64,000 bases of DNA from Octopus sinensis. Taxonomy: Eukaryota. The stretch covers positions 45,508,001 through 45,572,000 of the forward strand of contig NC_043000.1 in NCBI RefSeq assembly GCF_006345805.1. The letters are read 5' to 3'. A program made the translations under genes and the position numbers. Below, one piece after another: positions 37,166 through 49,926 of the stretch. The notes beneath the pieces are model-generated. The model saw only the letters and a program-made list of their open reading frames with translations. It searched no databases and was not told where the DNA came from. Position 1 is the stretch's first letter. Each line of letters starts with the position of its first letter.

Positions 37166-38169
37166 CCATTACTTACACTGTGTTCCTTTTTGCTTGTTTG
37201 TGCGCATGTGTGTGGGTCAGAGTGTGTGTGCCTATGCATGCATGTATGTATGTATGTATGCATGTGTATGTATGTATACATGTATGTGTATGCATATGTA
37301 TATATGTATGTATGTGTGGGCATCTGTATGTATGTATCCTGCATATTCATGTGCTTGTATGTCCATGTTTGTGTATTTTCTGTATGTGTGTGTGTGTGAG
37401 CGTGTTAAAGATCAAGAAATTCTGTTCTGTGGGAGTAAGAACTGAAAAACGTATTTTGAATGGCGTGTGGAATAAACAGAAGCAATTGTGTGAGGAGGAC
37501 AAATAGATATATTTTAGTAGGCATAGGTGATGTGGTACATTAAATACTGCTATACAGAAGTAGGAGTAGGGACTGTAGCACAAGTAGAAGAAGAAAAGAA
37601 AAGGGGTTGTATCTTGTTGGTAAGTGAAAGTTTGCTTAATTATCAAATGACAAAGATTTTTTCTAATGTCATTGAAAATATTACATGTATAAGCAGCTGC
37701 ACTATTACAAATATGCGAATAGTAATCTCATATTTGGGATTTATGTGTCAGAAAATGCTCAGAATTGAAGTATTTTCTAATTCTCAAAATGAAAATCAAC
37801 ATTAGAATTAGAGTTTTAGCAGAGTTATAACAGTGTCGTCACCTTGAAATTTTATCTGATATTGTATTTTCTTGGCTAAGATTTTATTTTGCATCCATTG
37901 GTAAGGGTTCAACTCTTGAGTTTCCGGAGCATTGGGAAATATGCTGAGATCCCTTAGTCATCATTACTTCTAGGCTTGCTCTAACATGTGGTAGTAGTAC
38001 CTGTAAAAGGCCCCAGTTATGGATCGCACAGCATCATTTATATTGTTGTCATCATCATCATCTTCTTTGTCGTCGTCGTCGTTGTCATCATCATCATCAT
38101 CAACATTATTATTCAGTAGTGTTATTTTTATCAAACGCTTTCACTGCCCTAATGAGTACATGTGCCATG

Positions 38170-38335
38170 GGTATGTTTGCTTTGGTATTATTTACATTAT
38201 TTACATTTGATGGATATTTGTCCTCATTTTTTAATTGTTAACACAATGTTTCAGCTGATATACCCTTCGGCCTTCATTAGGTATCTTGGGGAAATTTCGA
38301 ACCTAGGTTCTCATTCCTAAGGTATTTTTCAATGT
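38170..38335 (-). mobile_element. PLE terminal-repeat-like element with degenerate hammerhead motif (38240-38285)
   Basis: Reverse complement: gatac CTAATGA aggccg..cagct GAAA catt gtgtt; inverted partner of 39066-39245. Confidence 0.65.
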
Positions 38336-38375
38336 TATTCTTCTTCTTCTTCTTCTTCTTATTATTATTATTATT

Positions 38376-38908
38376 GAGTGAGAGAGCAGTTCATGCCATC
38401 AAAGTGACACTGGGGTAAAATATACGAAGCCCAATATACCCATCATGACTACCCGTCTGATAAAGGTACACCAGGCACATGCATCACAACCATATGTGCG
38501 CGACATGGTGATCTCATATCAAGATAAACAGCACATGACCTTGCAGGTGGGGCCCAGTTAGAATTTTCTTCAGGTTGAGTAGCCCATCCTGCTCAAACGG
38601 TCCCTGAATAAGGGTTGCTTAGGATGTTGAACGAAACACCTATGTTTCCAGAGGTGAACCATTCAAACTCCAAGAATCCCTCTCAACACATGGCCATGAT
38701 GCTCCCCCACTACTTCTGCTCGTGATCAGAGATGCACATATCATCAGCCACTAAGGGACATGCTCAACTGGTTAAGGTCAAACAACTGACAAGCAAATCT
38801 GTGGTATTGAGCAGAATATTTGCTGTAGCCCATCTTTTATACCAAGACAAAACAATGTACATGATAACACTTCCAATCAGTTAAGATCAGAAGCCATGAG
38901 AGCCACTG
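38376..38908. mobile_element. Unclassified repeat of about 530 bp embedded in (ATT)n
   Basis: GC-richer block bounded on both sides by ATT tracts; resembles a common Octopus repeat as I recall it; single copy here. Confidence 0.45.
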
Positions 38909-38985
<77 letters not shown>

Positions 38986-39063
38986 CATTCAGGTCACTGC
39001 CTGGAATTGAACTCTGAATCTTGGGGTTAGTAGCCCATGCTCTTAACCACTATGCCATATGCC
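38908..39063 (-). mobile_element. Short tRNA-like SINE with (AAT)n tail
   Basis: Reverse complement: ggcatatggcatagtggttaagagcatgggctactaaccccaagattcagagttcaattccaggc (A and B boxes), then AAT repeats. Confidence 0.7.
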
Positions 39064-39065
39064 CC

Positions 39066-39245
39066 CCAAAATACCTTAGGAATGAGAACTCAGTTTCGAA
39101 ATTTCCCCAAGAGACCTCATGAAGGCTGGAGGGTATATTAGCTGAAATGCTGTGTTAACAACAAACAAGATGTGGACAAATATCTGTCAAATATAAATAG
39201 TATAAATAATGTACATAATTCCTCATCTCTTGAATATAGAACTGC
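39066..39245 (+). mobile_element. PLE terminal-repeat-like element with degenerate hammerhead motif (39111-39156); duplicate at about 40242-40421
   Basis: gagac CTCATGA aggctg gagggtatat tagct GAAA tgct gtgtt. Confidence 0.65.
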
Positions 39246-39386
39246 TTTGGTATTGTTATTGAAATTGTTTTATGTAAGATATGTGTGGTACCTAGCAGTG
39301 CTATTTTCTGTATGTTCGTATTTATTCGTATGTCCTGGTTGTATATTTGGCCATATGTTTTTTAATCATACCTAATGCACTTATTG

Positions 39387-39645
39387 TGGATGCACATGGG
39401 TTAGTGGTTAGAGTGTCAGCATCATGATCATAAGATTGTTGTTTTGATTCCTGGACTGGGTGACGCGTTGTGTTCTTGAGCAAAACACTTCATTTCACAT
39501 TGTTCCAGTTCACTCAGCTGGCAAAAAGTGAGTAACACTGCGATGGACTGGCGTCTCATCCAGCTGGGGAACACATACTTCACAGAAACCAGGAAACTGG
39601 GCCCATGAGCCTGGCTAGGCTTTAAAAAAGGGCGCATTTATTTTT
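39387..39645 (+). mobile_element. SINE family C (short form); duplicate at about 40563-40821
   Basis: Family C head and core, tail gggcccatgagcctggctaggctttaaaa. Confidence 0.85.
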
Positions 39646-39654
39646 ATTTAATGC

Positions 39655-40030
39655 ACTTAATATTATAGGGATTGTTTCTGTTTTCAGATTCCACATTTAG
39701 GTCATCTCTGTTTCCAGCTCTTCATATTTCGAGAGTTACACGATTTCTTTTAGAGATACCTTGCCACCTGATGGAATTGATATGTCAATTAGAAGACAAT
39801 TTTTTTCTTGATTGTCTCTGACAACTATATCTAGTCCATTAGACTTGATCTTTCTATCTCTACAGAGTATAGATACTTGTGTAAACAGATGAGGCATTTT
39901 CTGAGATTTGTTTATGCCATCTTTTTTCTATTGTCATTTCATATTGTTAGCATATCCCCCAGTGTATATAGGTCCCAACTCTGTCATATCTGTGGATATA
40001 TTTCTTCTTAGATAAGACTGGGCAGCCAGA
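39655..40030 (-). mobile_element. R4/Dong-type LINE RLE-domain fragment; duplicate at about 40832-41207
   Basis: HRYDRVGTYIHWGIC*QY..EKRWHK ... DRKIKSNGLDIVVRDNQEKNCLLIDISIPSGGKVSLKEIV*LSKYEELETEMT*MWNLKTETIPII matches RHD..YIHW..NRPDIV..LIDISIP..EKLSKY. Confidence 0.85.
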
Positions 40031-40101
40031 GACAGTATCATCATCCTCACCCTCATCATTATTATTACTATTATTTTATTATATTATTATTATTATTATT
40101 A

Positions 40102-40134
<33 letters not shown>

Positions 40135-42061
40135 TTATTATTATTATTATTATTATTATTATCATTCAGGTCACTGCCTGGAATTGAACTCTGAATCTTG
40201 GGGTTAGTAGCCCATGCTCTTAACCACTATGCCATATGCCCCCCAAAATACCTTAGGAATGAGAACTCAGTTTCGAAATTTCCCCAAGAACCTCATGAAG
40301 GCTGGAGGGTATATTAGCTGAAATGCTGTGTTAACAACAAACAAGATGTGGACAAATATCTGTCAAATATAAATAGTATAAATAATGTACATAATTCCTC
40401 ATCTCTTGAATATAGAACTGCTTTGGTATTGTTATTGAAATTGTTTTATGTAAGATATGTGTGGTACCTAGCAGTGCTATTTTCTGTATGTTCGTATTTA
40501 TTCGTATGTCCTGGTTGTATATTTGGCCATATGTTTTTTAATCATACCTAATGCACTTATTGTGGATGCACATGGGTTAGTGGTTAGAGTGTCAGCATCA
40601 TGATCATAAGATTGTTGTTTTGATTCCTGGACTGGGTGACGCGTTGTGTTCTTGAGCAAAACACTTCATTTCACATTGTTCCAGTTCACTCAGCTGGCAA
40701 AAAGTGAGTAACACTGCGATGGACTGGCGTCTCATCCAGCTGGGGAACACATACTTCACAGAAACCAGGAAACTGGGCCCATGAGCCTGGCTAGGCTTTA
40801 AAAAAGGGCGCATTTATTTTTATTTAATGCACTTAATATTATAGGGATTGTTTCTGTTTTCAGATTCCACATTTAGGTCATCTCTGTTTCCAGCTCTTCA
40901 TATTTCGAGAGTTACACGATTTCTTTTAGAGATACCTTGCCACCTGATGGAATTGATATGTCAATTAGAAGACAATTTTTTTCTTGATTGTCTCTGACAA
41001 CTATATCTAGTCCATTAAACTTGATCTTTCTATCTCTACAGAGTATAGATACTTGTGTAAACAGATGAGGCATTTTCTGAGATTTGTTTATGCCATCTTT
41101 TTTCTATTGTCATTTCATATTGTTAGCATATCCCCCAGTGTATATAGGTCCCAACTCTGTCATATCTGTGGATATATTTCTTCTTAGATAAGACTGGGCA
41201 GCCAGAGACAGTATCATCATCCTCACCCTCATCATTATTATTACTATTATTTTATTATATTATTATTATTATTATTAATTATTATTATTAAAGCAGCATT
41301 AGCACATTAGACAAAATGCTTAGCAGCATTTCTTCTGGCTTGTTATGCTATTTTCAAATTCCGAGGTCAACTTTGCATTTCATCCTTTTGGGGTAAGTCA
41401 AAGTATTGGTATAAATATAATCAACTTGATCACTCCCTTTAAAAGTGCTGGCCTTGTGCCAAAATTTTAAGTAATTATTATTAATATTATTATTACTAAT
41501 ATAGTTATTGTTTTCTATGTTGGTATGTATTGGATCCTTCAACAAGATCTGGGTCAGTTTTATTACAGTAACATCTCTTCTAGATGGATCAGAAAACTGG
41601 TCAGATTTCTCAGTTTTCACATGGCTGCGATAGCTTCTATGACCTTCCTAACACCAGCCAAAGATGCCAAGTGATGGGACTGGGTCTGGAAGCTTATGGT
41701 TAAGATGCAAATTTCACTCAGCCATGATTGCATTCGTATGTGTGTGCACATGTTTGTGTTTGTGTGTACACATGTGTATTTAATAATATTCACATTCTTG
41801 ACACAGAACCAATTTGCTTAAATCCTTAAGATTGCAATCACATGAAGCAGCCTTCCATAACACATACTCAAGCTTTTCCAGTTGTGTTTACATAAGCTAT
41901 AACCCACAATGTAAGAACTGTTGTGTGCTCAGCAATAGTCAGTCTATTTTGCCATTTGTTCCTCTCCATCATAAACTCATATCACATCTGATTGGATTAT
42001 CATTGAATGATGATAGATCACGACTTTCAAAAGTGCAGATTTTTACATCATAACACGTGCT

Positions 42062-42215
42062 AAAAGTAATGAATCTGGTCAATCAGTCTTGATCTTTCTG
42101 TCTCTATAGAGTATGGTTGTTTTGTAATTAACTGAGGCCTTTTCTGGGATACATCTATGCTATCTTTTATTCTGCTGCCATTCCATATTTTTGGTATAGC
42201 TTCCAATGTATATGC
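42062..42215 (-). mobile_element. R4/Dong-type LINE fragment (diverged paralogue of 39840-39975)
   Basis: YIHWKLYQKYG... ILYRDRKIKTD*PD; nucleotide similarity to 39843-39970. Confidence 0.7.
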
Positions 42216-42234
42216 ATTGAAAATACTAAATATA

Positions 42235-42845
42235 GGCATAGGAGTGGCTGTGTGGTAAGTAGCTTGCTTACCATTCACATGATTCCAGGTTCTGTCCCAC
42301 TGCATGGTACCTTGAGCAAATGTCTTCTACTATAGCCTCGGGCCGACCAAAGCCTTGCGAGTGGATTTGGTAGATGGAAACTGAAAGAAGCCCATCGTAT
42401 ATATGTGTATATACATATATATATGTACGTTTAAATATTTGTTGTGCAAGATTTTTTATGTGAAGTCGTGTGTTGAAACAGATATTGCTATATTTCGGAA
42501 TGGTCATATTGCCAGTTTAGCAAGATAACACCAAATATATAGTGCGTGTGTTTTTATTGGCTAAACTGGCAATATGACCATTCCGAAATATAACAACATA
42601 TATATATGTATGTATGTGTGTATATGTTTGTGTCTGTGTTTGTTCCCACAACATCATTTGACAACCGATGGCAATGTGTTTACGTCCCCATAACTTAGCA
42701 GTTCGGCAAAAAAGAGACCAATAGATTAAGTACTAGGCTTACAAAGAATAAGTCCTGGGGTCGATTTGCTCGACTAAAGGTGGTGCTCCAGCATGGCCAC
42801 AGTCAAATGACTGAAACAAGTAAAAGAGTAAAAGAGTAAAAGAGT
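42235..42845 (+). mobile_element. SINE family A carrying a nested fold-back insertion
   Basis: Head at 42235, tail at 42845; foreign segment at about 42425-42600 inside the central microsatellite. Confidence 0.88.
42489..42592. repeat. Perfect 33 bp inverted repeat with 38 nt spacer
   Basis: tatatttcggaatggtcatattgccagtttagc (42489-42521) versus 42560-42592. Confidence 0.95.
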
Positions 42846-43759
42846 TCCACTAGTCACTCTTTTAAATCCCGACAATGAAGCTACAAAGTTTAATTGCATT
42901 GGAGAAGTTTAGTGTAAGATACATATTCTCCATGTTAAAGACTGACTCATGATGATAACTCACATTCTACTACTGGAGAGAGAAAAGCTAAAGAAATGAC
43001 CAATGATTATTTTGCTGCACAATATTTGACCGAAAGAATATAGTAGCCCCCATGCATACACACACACAAACATATGAAAATAACTCAAGTTTACCCTGAA
43101 GACAGATTCATAAACAGATACTATGCTCCCAAGACTTGGCAACATTATTTTTCACTTACCACCAAAGTTATGATTTTACCAATAAACTGTCATTATCTCA
43201 GATGAAAGATATCATATTTTGTCATAATTACGTATAACATTTATAGTTTTCTGGAATATTAAACAGCATTAGACTCCTGCCAGGTGTAAGATTACATTTT
43301 AAAAAAAATATATATATATATTATTTTTATTTTTCTTTCCCCTCCTCCCCACCAACAAAACAACATTCAGAGGACATTTGCATTGACAATTTCTTATAAT
43401 AACTCTCTGTCATATGTTGGCAAGCAATTATTTACATTTAGACAAAATCTATGTTGGGGGAAAAAAAAAAAATGATTTTATTGGCAAATAAAAGACACCA
43501 TCAACATCACCATCATCATCATCATTGGTATTCTCTACCTCCTCGTCATCATCATCGTTATCATCACCATCATCATTATCATTATTATTATTAAAAGTTT
43601 TTGCTCAAACCTATTGTGACAGCATGCAAGTAATCAATGCAGATCACGCAAGGCCAGAGCGCTGCTTTGAAAAATTTGTTTTGAAAATAGCAAACAAAGA
43701 TTCTAAATAACAGAAGTCACCAATAGAATTTTCTTTCTTTTTCGAAAATGGTTCATAGC

Positions 43760-43828
43760 TCTTCTTCTTCTTCTTCTTCTTCTTCTTCTTCTTCTTCTTC
43801 TTCTTCTACTCCTCCTCCTCCTTCTTCT

Positions 43829-43897
<69 letters not shown>

Positions 43898-43990
43898 TTT
43901 ATGTAACTCTGTACATTCATTCATACATACAAATATATATAGATGTTTGTATACATATACATATATATATATGTATGTGTGTGTATATGT
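43760..43990. repeat. (CTT)n-(CT)n-(TA)n compound microsatellite
   Basis: Directly visible. Confidence 0.95.
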
Positions 43991-44493
43991 ATATATATAT
44001 GTACATATATATGTGAGTGTGTACACTCATTCATAAATACAAATATATATGTATAATCACACACACACACACACACACATACACACACACATGCATATTT
44101 GCACTACTACATATGTGGATATTGATAGAAAGGAAAAGGAAGGAGAGATTAAAAAACATAAAACATATCACCATTCAATTAAATGAATCTTTATACATGT
44201 TGAGCAAAACAGACTGCTGTATTGACAAACAGCTTGACAACTAAATATACATATTGGTTGGTTTGGGCTGGGAGGAAGCAAAGTGACAGAAAGAAAGAGA
44301 GGGATGTGAGACAGAACACAAACTTTGACATTTATACAGAACATTAATGCATTTTATTTAAATGAATTTAGACATAAATACAAAACTTAGATGCTGATTT
44401 CCTCACTGGTAGCTTTTATACAATATACACTTATACATGTACATGCCCAAACAAACATCATTAAGATAATACCTGCATATATCATATCTATCT

Positions 44494-45175
44494 TTTGCTA
44501 TTTACCTGTCTCAGTCGTTTCGGTGTGGCCATGTTGGAGCACCACCTTGAAAGGTCATAGTCAAAAGAATCAACACCGGAGTTTATATTTTTGAAATCTG
44601 ACACGTATTCTATAAGTTTCCTTTGCCAAACCACTAAGTTAGGAGAACATAAACAAACCAACACCTGTTGTGAAGCAATGGTTAGGGATAAATACAAACA
44701 CAAAGACATACATACATATACATACATACATATATATATATATGCACACACATACACATACATATATGTATATACATGATAGGTACTTTAACTTTCTTGT
44801 TTCTTTATTGCCCACAAGGGGCTAAACATAGAGGGGACAAACCAGGACAGACAAAGGGGTTAAGTCGATTACATTGACCCCAGTGCGTAACTGGTACTTA
44901 GTTTATCGACCCCGAAAAGATGGAAGGCAAATTCGACCTCGGTGGAATTTGAACTCAGAACGTAACGGCAGACAAAATACAGCTAAGCATTTCGCCCCGC
45001 ATGCTAACGTTTCTGCCAGCTAGCTGTTCTTTAATTTTCTGCCTACCAAATTCATTCACAAGGCTTTAGTCTGCCCAGGGCTGTAATAGAAAATACTTTC
45101 ACAAGGTGCTACAACCTGGGAATGAACTGAAAATATGGGGTTGGGAAGCAAATTTCTTATCAAACAGCCATGTGG
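44494..45175 (-). mobile_element. SINE family A split by a family B insertion
   Basis: 3' half at 44494-44780, degenerate 5' half at about 45027-45175. Confidence 0.7.
44798..45022 (-). mobile_element. SINE family B
   Basis: Full head, core and tail in reverse. Confidence 0.88.
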
Positions 45176-47690
45176 CACCTGTCTGTGAAGTATATTAAAA
45201 TAGTGTATTTCATAGTTACATTGTCATATGTATTTCATTAATTTCATACACGATTTTGTCATGATTTCAACTGATAATATTCTAAAGTACTGAGTCTATG
45301 AGTGTAAATCTGTGAGCATTTGCATAAGTATATCTGCTTGTCTACATGTATCTGAAAATCTTTATATGTATGTATATGTGTCCATATGCTTTAGAAACTT
45401 TGCATATGTGTCTGTGCAATGTGAGTATGTGTCTGAGTTTAAGAAGATATGCCAATCAATTAAGAGATTAATAGATTTTGTGTTCTTGTCTCATAATAAG
45501 TACTCCATGAAACATTATAGACTACATCTACAAGAAGTTTATCTCATGGATTGTTGCAGATTCAGTGTCTAACATACTCTATGACCTCTGGCTTACTCAC
45601 AGACATACTGACTTCTCTCTCTGCCAATTCTAGCCTTATTACAACAGCCTCTGCTCACTTGAAATAAGCTAGCTGTTAAAACCATCACCACCATCACAAC
45701 CACCATTACCCAACAAACCTAAATCTTCTTCCCTTTATTGCTCTTACTGCTTGTTATAGCCTCTTTTGTCTCTGAGCCATCCAATATACCCTCTCCTGCC
45801 ATCTAAGAACATTGACCAGCTGGAACTTTTTATTGTTGATGTTAATGAAATAGCATTCATACTGAAGCCAGCAGTATCAATTGCACCACTCTTGAAAATG
45901 GAATTCATTTCTTTTTACTTCAGATTACTCTGTAGGACATAAATTTTTATATGAAGAAATTATATGCAACCACCTGTCTCTGCCCCATCACTGATGGTTC
46001 TACTGAGTGTGATTAAGTGGTGTAGTTAGGGAATAGTTATTATTACTGTTGGCTTTATGCTTCAAGTTATCCCTGATTGAACAGACCTATAGCCAGAGGC
46101 AATGCAGTAATGTCACTCTCACTTTTTTGTACATGTGATGTGTATATATTTTTAATGACAGCAGAGTATGATTTGATGGAAATTTGGTTGTTAATTTCAG
46201 TCAGCTGAACAGCCAAGTAAAAGCTCCCAGGTTGGCAGATGAGGCTGAATATAGTATATAGTATGATATATAGTGTGTATAGCTTTTTGTAAGAGGTGGG
46301 GAGTGCTTAGTGATAAAATAGTTGAAATATATTTATTTACTCTGCAGAATGCTTTCTTATAAGTGCTTCAGAAATTAAACATAACCAGTGATCCTATGTA
46401 CCTTGGGGATGCATGAAACCTGTAAATGGTAAAGGAATATTTTTGTATAATGCTTGTGGCTTGGTACACAGTCAAATCAATTTATAGAAGCAGTTATATG
46501 GCACTTTTGTTTCCATAGTAACTCACGTATGTGACAATAAACTTCATATTTTTAATTCAGCTCCTTTTCACCGACAAAAATAATATCAACAGGCTATTTT
46601 TTTTCCCTAGGACTCACTCAAGTGTATGTAATGGTTTCCATTTTTCTCATCATTAAACTGATGTAAAAAAACTAGGTGATGAATAAAAGAAATCGATATG
46701 GTGGGTGCCAATCGAGGAAAAGGGAGAGATGAGGATATGTGAATGAATTTTTATTACAATGCAGCACAAATTTAAAATGAAAACAGATCCCTCTAAAGTG
46801 AAATGATTGTATCATGTATGCGATCATACTCCTGGTTACCAAAATCTGTGAAAATGCAGTAAATTTGAAACATAAAACAAAAAAAAAAGGAAAGAAAAAG
46901 ATAGAGAAAAAATTCTTAAAACAAGCAAAAAAAACTTTTGTTTTCCTATCACTTAAATTCATTCACATAGAATAATTCCCTTCACCTTTCAGTTCTCAGA
47001 TTTGCTGTTTTATCGTGTTTTGCAAACAGTTTATGAAAAAATATATTTACTGGATTAACTTTACTTTTATGTTATATGTAACACAATGGTGAATTTGTTT
47101 ACTATAAAGTTTTATAATGATGTGTAGTCAGTTTAAACACAATTTTTTTTGTCAATAGTCACAATTCACCAAATTTTCACAAAGTCAAAAGTAGAATATA
47201 TACTGAGTTCGTGATAAAAAGGATTGATGCCTGAAATTAAACTTATCATGAGGGAATTTTATCTAACTACATTCAAGAAGTATTTTATAGGCAGGGTGAT
47301 AGGTTGTTGAATTGTCAAGGTCTTGGACTAATGCCAAAAGAGAGATAGCTATTATTACAAGTTTAGAAAAATGCTGTGAAAACATATTATTAACAGTATG
47401 TTTAGCTGAGCAGTACACAAACATCACAAATGACACATGAACACAAACAGGGGATGTTGGATACAAGTGAAATACAATTATTATCAAGATAAAAAGAAAA
47501 ACATTCATATGAAGGTACTTAACATTTAGATGTGTATATATATTCTATCATCAGTCACATTAACCACCTGGAATTTTCTACACCACCAGTGAATCAGTTA
47601 CAATTAACAACCAAATCTACTTCGAATCATACCCTGCTCTTTGAAAAGGGGTACATTATATGATGTAGTTTTTGATATCTTTTATCTTTC

Positions 47691-48176
47691 CTATTATCTT
47701 TCACTTGCTTGACTGTCATTTGACTGTGTCCATGCTCGGGTACTACTTTGGAGGCGTTTTTTTCGTTGAACACATCGACTCCAAGTTTTTTTGTTTTAAA
47801 AGGCTGCTACTTATTCTATTGGTGTCTTTTGGCAAAACACTAAGTTACAGGAATGTAAACACACCAACACCAGTTGTCAAGTGGTAGTGGGGTATAAGCA
47901 CAAACACAGACATATTAACATGTACATACATGCATACATACATGCATACATACATACATACATATATACATACATATATACATACACACACACACACACA
48001 CACATATATATATGACAGGCTTCTTTCAGTTTCTGTCTACCAAATCCACTCACAAGTCTTAGGTCAACCTGAGGTTATAGTAGACGACACTTGCCCAAGG
48101 TGCCACAAAACACACAATGGGACTGAATCCACAACCATGAGGTTGGGAAGCAAGTTTCTTACCACACTGCCACACA
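47691..48176 (-). mobile_element. SINE family A
   Basis: Reverse-orientation copy with internal (CATA)n. Confidence 0.8.
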
Positions 48177-49261
48177 AGCCAAAAAAAAAAAAAAGCCAGT
48201 TTTGGCTTGAATGCCTCTGGATACAGAACAGTTAAATAAGAATTGACCTTGAGTTAAACAGCATTAAAATCAACAACACCTGCTCCAGCATACTTTCCAC
48301 CCTTAATTACAACCCTTCAATACATCAATAAACAAGCCATCATCTGTGATACTTGGCACAAAGCATCCCACTCCATCCAAAAATAATTCATATAGTAGAC
48401 ATGGTAATACAATAATGTTGCAAATAAAGTCCCCTTAAATATTAAATATTTGTTTTCATATTTTTATCTTTATCTTCTTGTCGGGAGGAAAGGAACCAGC
48501 CATGGACCTTTCACAGGGTCTCTGAAACTGATGGGCAGAAAGCAAGAAGTTATCCTCCAAATGGAAAGCTAGACTGAATGCTGGCAAAAAAGGCAAAAAA
48601 CCAAATAAAAGACATCATTAACATCGTCATCGTCGTCGTCGTCATCATCATCATCATCATCAGTATTCTCTAACTCCTCCTCTGATGGGCTGACAGGAAG
48701 AAGTTATCTTCCAAATGGAAATCTAGACTGAATGATAACAAAAAGGCAAAAAGGCAAAACATGCCTTTGTTGTCAGTGTCAAACAAGGCTATGGATTACA
48801 TCCACCACCCAAGTAGGTCATGGTGATTACATGATTTCAGAAAGCAAAGAGCTGGAACAAATACAGCAAAACATATGCTTCGAAATTCTTACATGTTCAT
48901 GAAATTACTGCCCTGCATTTGTACTTGTTATATTTTCCCTGAAAGGATGAAAGATAGATTTGACTTTGGTAGGAATTCAACTCAATGTATCTAAAGTCAC
49001 TGTAATAGCACTACTCCAAGAATCACTTTTTGGTTCATTCACTCTTGGGGCCCCAGCATGGCCACAGCCTTAGGGTTGAAACATATAACAGAATAATAGA
49101 ATAACTGAAATATGTCAAATCTATTTCAGACACCTATTCATCATGGTTGTCATCATCATCATTGTGGTCATCATCATCCTCATCCTAATTTTCTTTATCT
49201 TCATCCTCCTCATCCTCATCATAACATTCTTCATAATTTTTAGTACAAGGCTAATAATTAT

Positions 49262-49500
49262 GAGGGGAGGGGGAAAGTCGATCACACTGACCCCAGTGTT
49301 CAACTGTTACTTATTTCATTCTTTTCTATTCCAGGCACATGGCCCGAAATTTTTGGGGAGGGGCCAGTCGATTAGATCGACCCCAGTTTGCAACCGGTAC
49401 TTAGTTTATCGACCCTGAAAGGATGAAAGGCAAAGTAAACCTGGGTAGAATTTGAAATCAGAACGTGAAGACAGATGAAACACCATTAAGCATTTCGCCT
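49262..49500 (-). mobile_element. SINE family B, alternative tail (partial dimer)
   Basis: Core plus alternative tail, twice. Confidence 0.7.
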
Positions 49501-49505
49501 GGTTT

Positions 49506-49926
49506 GCTCTTTTACTCTTTTACTTGTTTCAGTCATTTGACTGTGGCCATGCTGGAGCACCACCTTTTGTTGAGCAAATCGACCCCAGGACTTATTCTTT
49601 GTAAGCCTAGTGCTTATTCTATCAATCTGTTTTGCCAAACCACTAAGTTATGGGGACATAAACACACCACCATCGGTTGTCAAGCGATGTTGGGGGGGGG
49701 AACACAAATACACAAACATATACACACACATAAATATATATATATATATATGCACATATATATGACGGGCTTCTTTCAGTTTCCGTCTACCAAATCCACT
49801 CACAAGGCTTTGGTCAGCCCAAGGCTATAGTAGAAGAGACTTTCCCAAGGTGGTACGCAGTGTGACTGAACCCAGACCGTGTGGTTCGTAAGCAAGCTGC
49901 TTACCACACAGCCACTCCTATGCCTA
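49506..49926 (-). mobile_element. SINE family A
   Basis: Full-length reverse copy. Confidence 0.88.

Larger units (their letters stand above)
38908..41290 (+). repeat. Tandem duplication of about 1176 bp, two near-identical units
   Basis: 38986 corresponds to 40163; duplicated ORFs 39172/40348 and 39428/40604; junctions lie in (ATT)n. Confidence 0.95.

Noticed and set aside
36858-37445. 195 aa ORF, the longest in the track
   Set aside because: It runs through an interspersed repeat and a microsatellite and has no domain-like content.
38986-39063. tRNA gene candidates (also heads at 1633, 33331, 54981, 59372)
   Set aside because: A and B boxes are present but acceptor stems do not close, and each runs into a SINE body or repeat tail.
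48528-48759. Imperfect direct repeat of about 75 bp (48528-48600 / 48682-48759)
   Set aside because: It is real but short and diverged, with no interpretable content; probably an old local duplication.
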